A DNA stretch of 64,000 nt from an uncultured Nitrososphaeraceae archaeon (GTDB lineage Archaea; Thermoproteota; Nitrososphaeria; Nitrososphaerales; Nitrososphaeraceae), in NCBI GenBank assembly GCA_963765895.1, contig CAVXZB010000038.1:32001-96000 (forward strand), written 5' to 3'. The translations under genes were made by a program, and so were the position numbers. Positions 59,297 through 64,000 of the stretch are shown one piece after another. Within the stretch, counting starts at the first letter, position 1, and every line of letters begins with the position of its first letter. Below the pieces are notes generated by a model. That model was not told where the DNA came from. It searched no databases and was given only the letters and a program-made list of their open reading frames with translations.

Positions 59297-60100
59297 TCAA
59301 AGTGAAAATAACGAGACAGCGTTTCCGGACATTAATAAATCCTTAGAGTGATTGTCAAGCTCCAGCCTTTTAACGAATTTTATATAAGCACCCATATCGC
59401 AAAGGGGCCAATCGCTACCATATAAAAGCCGATGCGGGTCACCTACATACCTTAATAATTCATTTATTTTACGAGCATAATAAATTTCATCATAAGTTGA
59501 AATATCGCCTACAAACAATCCAGAAATGTCTGCATAAACATTTTTATTCTTAAATAATACCTCTTGACAATCCACAGTCCAAGGATTGCCTAAATGACAA
59601 ATTACGATCTTCAGTTCGGGATTGTCAACTGCAACTTCATCTATATTTAGAGGATGGGCGAATCTTATTTTCGCGTTACTGGCATAGGTATCTCCAGTAT
59701 GAATCATCACCGGTTTTTTATATTCTATACAAATATCATATATGCCCTGATATCTTTTATCATACGGGTAATAGTGCTCATAACCACAGTAAAGTTTTAT
59801 CCCTTCAATCAGATCGTCTTTAAACCAATTTCTATACTCGCTTAGGGAACTAGGGCCATTATCGATAGTGAAGGAGGCAACAACTCCAATTCTACTTTCA
59901 TATTTTTTGGCATGTTTAATGATTTGGGCTGTAGATGGTCTATTCTGATTGACCTTATATGATGAAAGTATTAATGAATAATTTATATTTTGGCTGTCCA
60001 TTGCTTGGAGCAGTGCGCTAATCTTTGCCTCGAGAGATTTGGCGACATCACCGCGTTGAGGATAATGGTTGACATGGACGTGACAATCAACGATTTTCAC
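59297..60100 (-). CDS. Amidohydrolase_2 family metallohydrolase
   Basis: IVDCHVH, GIKLY, PVMIHTG, IVICHLGNPW, NVYADISG, LLYGSDWP. Confidence 0.92.
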   Translation of the reverse strand: MKIVDCHVHVNHYPQRGDVAKSLEAKISALLQAMDSQNINYSLILSSYKVNQNRPSTAQIIKHAKKYESRIGVVASFTIDNGPSSLSEYRNWFKDDLIEGIKLYCGYEHYYPYDKRYQGIYDICIEYKKPVMIHTGDTYASNAKIRFAHPLNIDEVAVDNPELKIVICHLGNPWTVDCQEVLFKNKNVYADISGLFVGDISTYDEIYYARKINELLRYVGDPHRLLYGSDWPLCDMGAYIKFVKRLELDNHSKDLLMSGNAVSLFSL

Positions 60101-60109
60101 GGAATATAT

Positions 60110-60802
60110 TTACACCCTGTTTGGTTTGCTTCTCTCAACAATACGATAGGTAGGGTTTTGCCATTCTATAAGACTTGCAAAATTCAAAGAACGTCTGTCG
60201 AGAAGATAATTAGGCAGAACTTTGATATACTTGAACCCATTTTTGAGTTGAAAAGATAAAACAGGATCTTGCAATTCCCCTCTGACGACTTTTTCTGCAA
60301 ACTCCTTAGCAGACATCATATGCGAATACTTGCAATAATCGTATAATCTGCCACCGGCTAAAATCCTTCTAAGATTTAGCCTCATGGCCAATTCCTTTCT
60401 GGCGTCATATAACATAGTTCCAATGCCCATATTTCGAAATTCAGGATGTGTTGAAAGGTCGGCACCATATAATGTATCTCCACTGGCATTGTGATTTGAA
60501 AATAATCCATTTCCAGTTATTTCAAACCAGTCGTGTTCCTCATATTTTGAGCTGAGTGATATTATAAGACTACTGGATGACCCCACTATTTTGCCATCGA
60601 TTTCTGCTAGTAGTTGTCCATCAGGAAATATCTCAATATGATTTCGAAGGTATGAGCTAGGAAAGATCATGCCATCCTTTGCCATATCTGCAAAAGATTT
60701 CCTTTGCAACTGTACTATCTGGGGGATGTCATTCTCTTTAAAATTTCGTATTATGATACTTTTAGAATCCAAATTGTTATCAACACTACGATTTTGTTTC
60801 AT
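60110..60802 (-). CDS. GNAT acetyltransferase (YkwB-like)
   Basis: HIEIFPDGQ, W.EITGNG...H, LYGADLSTHPEFRNMGIG..LYDARK, AGGRL, DPVLSFQLKNGF; ends 9 nt before the amidohydrolase start. Confidence 0.9.
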   Translation of the reverse strand: MKQNRSVDNNLDSKSIIIRNFKENDIPQIVQLQRKSFADMAKDGMIFPSSYLRNHIEIFPDGQLLAEIDGKIVGSSSSLIISLSSKYEEHDWFEITGNGLFSNHNASGDTLYGADLSTHPEFRNMGIGTMLYDARKELAMRLNLRRILAGGRLYDYCKYSHMMSAKEFAEKVVRGELQDPVLSFQLKNGFKYIKVLPNYLLDRRSLNFASLIEWQNPTYRIVERSKPNRV

Positions 60803-61945
60803 TTTAGAAGGAAATAGTATGTGCTTCAGTCAATCAAATAAATCTATGGACCTTCTATCTCTTAAAAGATATATTTATGTATTCCAGGTCACCTAAAATT
60901 TGACCTAAATAAATGTATAAATCTATTAATACTAAATATCTGAGAATTACGTCGAGTCGAAAATAGAATTGATTTTAACGCCAGTTACCGGTGTTCCATT
61001 AGGGCGGTGTATCTCAATAAGGTGCTAAGTAATTTTTTTTAAATACTTTTAACAATTGCGTTGCTGAGAATGAATTAAGCTTGGATAAGTCTTTTTTAGA
61101 TGGCAAACAACAGATCCTTCTGTGACGGCTCCCAAGACAAATGGTCTGATTAGACAATGGGAATAATCAGTGAATCAGGATTGTATTCTAGACATTTTCC
61201 TGAGATAAACCCAACCTGTTCAATAGGAGCTGACTATACTTTTTCTATCAATAGATCTACACTATAAAGATAAACTGTTCGCAAACGCTACACAAGCATC
61301 CAAGGACAACCTATACATTATTACCCTATTCTACTCTATTGTGGTTTCCTTACGCTTCAGTAGACATGCTACCTTTGTCGAGACGAATTTTATGCTGTGA
61401 TACAGATGGATCTGTTCTCTGTCACAGTCCAGACAATTCAGCGTAAAAATCAAAGCATCGTAAATAACATTTAACTCCTCTGTTGTAAAACGCTTATGCT
61501 AAATAACGAACCACTCTGCAACGAGTAATTTTATTTAAGTCTTAGTGACAACTTGCTACGGCACAAATCATTATAATCCTAAAACAAGAATGGTCAATAT
61601 GATTAATAATAGATCATTATTTAGTACTTAATTACTTATTCTGTCGGCCCTAATGATTGATATCTATAGATAGTAGCAGCTGTTAACGCACTAGTCGTAT
61701 TTAGTTCTGTTAATATCCAAGATTTTCGATAAATCGTGTGGAGTCTAATTCTTCTAATATCTGGCATAATTAACTTGGAAGAGCGTCCTCGAATATAGCG
61801 TTATGAAATATTTCAGTTTAAAAACATTGTCTAAAGTGAGACATCGAACGTATAGCCTAATCCTCAATATATAGAAAATGATGTTAGAATACCATCTGTT
61901 ATGAGGAAGCAAAGAAAAGTATAGTTACTAGACAAGGTGATAGAC

Positions 61946-62329
61946 CTACCGACCTCCTCCAGGTAATCCGAGGACTTTAGTTGGCGAACGATAGTTGGCA
62001 TAAATATGAATTCCTTCATTTGTTGTTACATTTACTGTGCTGACTATGGTGTCTGGCTTTGGATAAAAATAAAACGATTGGCCAGCTTCTAGGGAAGACA
62101 AGTTCTGTATATCTCTTTTTCCTTGTACCACAGTTATACCAGTAACTGGTTTTAATCCAATATTTGTCAATCTTATTCTATATTGAGTACCTGCCATATC
62201 TGTAGTATCTTTTGTTGGATCCACTTGAAGTCCGAATTCAGGCCTATTAATCTGCACATTATAAAAGTAAACTGCAAAGATTAGTCCAACAATTGATATC
62301 ACGGTATAATAGATGTATCGCCTAACCAT
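61946..62329 (-). CDS. Membrane-anchored Ig-like hypothetical protein
   Basis: N-terminal TM; YRIRLTNIGLKPVTGI...LEAGQS; ATG 62329 preferred. Confidence 0.7.
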   Translation of the reverse strand: MVRRYIYYTVISIVGLIFAVYFYNVQINRPEFGLQVDPTKDTTDMAGTQYRIRLTNIGLKPVTGITVVQGKRDIQNLSSLEAGQSFYFYPKPDTIVSTVNVTTNEGIHIYANYRSPTKVLGLPGGGR

Positions 62330-62831
62330 CTTATGATAATTGTGATTAGCGTATAAAATATCTTTTGAGCAAATTATTTCCATTTGTATGTCCTCTAAGT
62401 CTACCGTTCGTGATAGAAAAGGGGGAAAGAAACAGTTAATCTTGTCTCCTGGTTTGGACATTCGATTCAATTTACGATCAAATATTTATCTAACGATTGT
62501 TGAAACATTCTTAAACATTTAAATCGAATTGGGGGCGTAGATTGCGTAAATTCTGGCCTATCCTCGGGCTGGTGAACGACTCGAGATCTGAATGAATAAT
62601 ATCGACGACCATGGCTAGGTGAACAACACGATAAACCATTTACTTTAAACCATATTGTCTGACAAGTCGCTTATTTGTCAAGTTTATCACATCAAGCTTT
62701 ATCTAGTTAGTATCTCAAGATTGAAAGTTTTCTGTCATCGAGGTACCTACCTAAGGCCGATAGGAAATTGTGTAATTTAAGAAATTCACTTATATCGGGA
62801 CAAATATTATCTGGTACGCGCTGAATGATAG

Positions 62832-63161
62832 ATGGTTTACTTTGAACTTCCCAGTAAGAAAGAGTTGGATTCAATAGATAGCAAGGAAAGGTTAAATATA
62901 TTTCGACAGTATTTCGCGGCAAGCCGCTACGATCGTCTAATTATTCAAAAATGCTTACTAAGCTCGGCATATAACGAGGCCAGCTTTTACGAAGTAAAGG
63001 ACATGGAAAAAGAGCATGATGAAAACTATTATGATAAGGTTAAGACTATTAAAGAATATGGATTTATTGATGAGTTCATCATAGCGGTTAAAGAGGAGGA
63101 ACAAGCTATTCAGAAAATAATCGAAGCTTACGACAAGAGAATGAGGATGTCAAGCCTTTAG
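62832..63161 (+). CDS. Hypothetical protein
   Basis: 109-aa clean helical ORF with ATG start. Confidence 0.75.
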   Translation: MVYFELPSKKELDSIDSKERLNIFRQYFAASRYDRLIIQKCLLSSAYNEASFYEVKDMEKEHDENYYDKVKTIKEYGFIDEFIIAVKEEEQAIQKIIEAYDKRMRMSSL

Positions 63162-63361
63162 TTATTACTGATATCTTTTTAAGAGTAATCGGGCTAGACA
63201 TACTTTAGATCGTTAAATTGAATAACTGCAATAACCAAATCAGATTGAATCGACGATTCTGAGGGGGCCAATCTTGGTTATTTAATTGGTTCTATTCATA
63301 GTATAATTAGATATATTGCAAGACAAGAAATTTCATGTGATAGGCCAATGTAAAATCATAT

Positions 63362-64000
63362 TCAGTCATTTAGGTTTCTAGTATTTTTTTGTTCAAGCTG
63401 CATTTTCATGCCATATTTGGGCCGTAGCGTGATTAGAGGTTTGAGGCTCAACCTTGTGATTTGACTCATGTAACATTCTCCACCGCCTACAAACAGTAGC
63501 TACAATCAATATGCCTTCCATCCATGCGAATGCCTCACCTATACATCCTCTTATACCACCTCCAAACGGAAAGTAGCTGAACCTGGGGAGCTCACTTCTA
63601 GTCTCTCTAGTCCACCGCTCGGGATAAAAAAGGTCTGGCTCAGGAAAATATTTGGGATTACGATGCATGACGTACTGACTCATTAGAATTATTGATTTGG
63701 CAGGTATTACATAACCATCAAGGTTATAATCATTTATGGCTTGACGTCCAAGAGTCCATGCCGGTGGATAAAGTCTCATAGACTCTCTGACGATCTTTTC
63801 TGTATATTCAAGATTTGGTATATCATCCACGGTAGGAATTCTCAGGTAGAGGCTACTTGCTTCCTGTTTGCTACCACCATTACCTTTACCATTACCGTTA
63901 CCTAGTACCGATTTTAGTTCCTCATATAGTTTGGCTTCGACTGATGGATATTCAGACAGCAAATAAAACGTCCAAGTAAGCGCATTTGCAGTAGTTTCAT
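63362..64000 (-). CDS. Cytochrome P450, C-terminal part (runs off the window; frameshift near the C-terminus)
   Basis: [41 protein letters not shown] heme motif; natural end [14 protein letters not shown] lies in another frame, stop 63362. Confidence 0.92.

Overview
AT-rich (visually about 35% GC), low-coding-density archaeal DNA. Gene content and style (TRAM protein, stand-alone P-II, type IA topoisomerase, cytoplasmic His kinase plus stand-alone receiver, ComA, IS6/IS5 with GGCTCTGT ends, multicopper oxidase/cupredoxin) point to a soil ammonia-oxidising archaeon of the Nitrososphaeraceae (inference). No rRNA, intact tRNA or CRISPR array was found. At least 14 recognisable genes are split by single-base frameshifts or stops, reflecting either long-read indel errors or real decay. 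The most interesting locus is about 6.5-15.7 kb: an intact YcaO gene with no TfuA, E1-like partner or obvious precursor, a palindromic operator upstream, four paralogues of an uncharacterised Trp-rich family (W..WW.W / G[YW]W..L.PL..G.H; one exported, two cytoplasmic, one fragment missed by the ORF track) and a roughly 10-TM membrane protein divergent from the exported paralogue. Also present: a complete 667-bp IS6 with TIRs and 8-bp target duplication, a decayed integrative region (two integrase tails, HsdR, subtilase and cupin scraps, a tandem-repeat secreted Cys peptide), a partly decayed copper cluster, two cytochrome P450s, and several microproteins below the ORF cut-off. All family assignments are from motif recognition by eye, not database searches.
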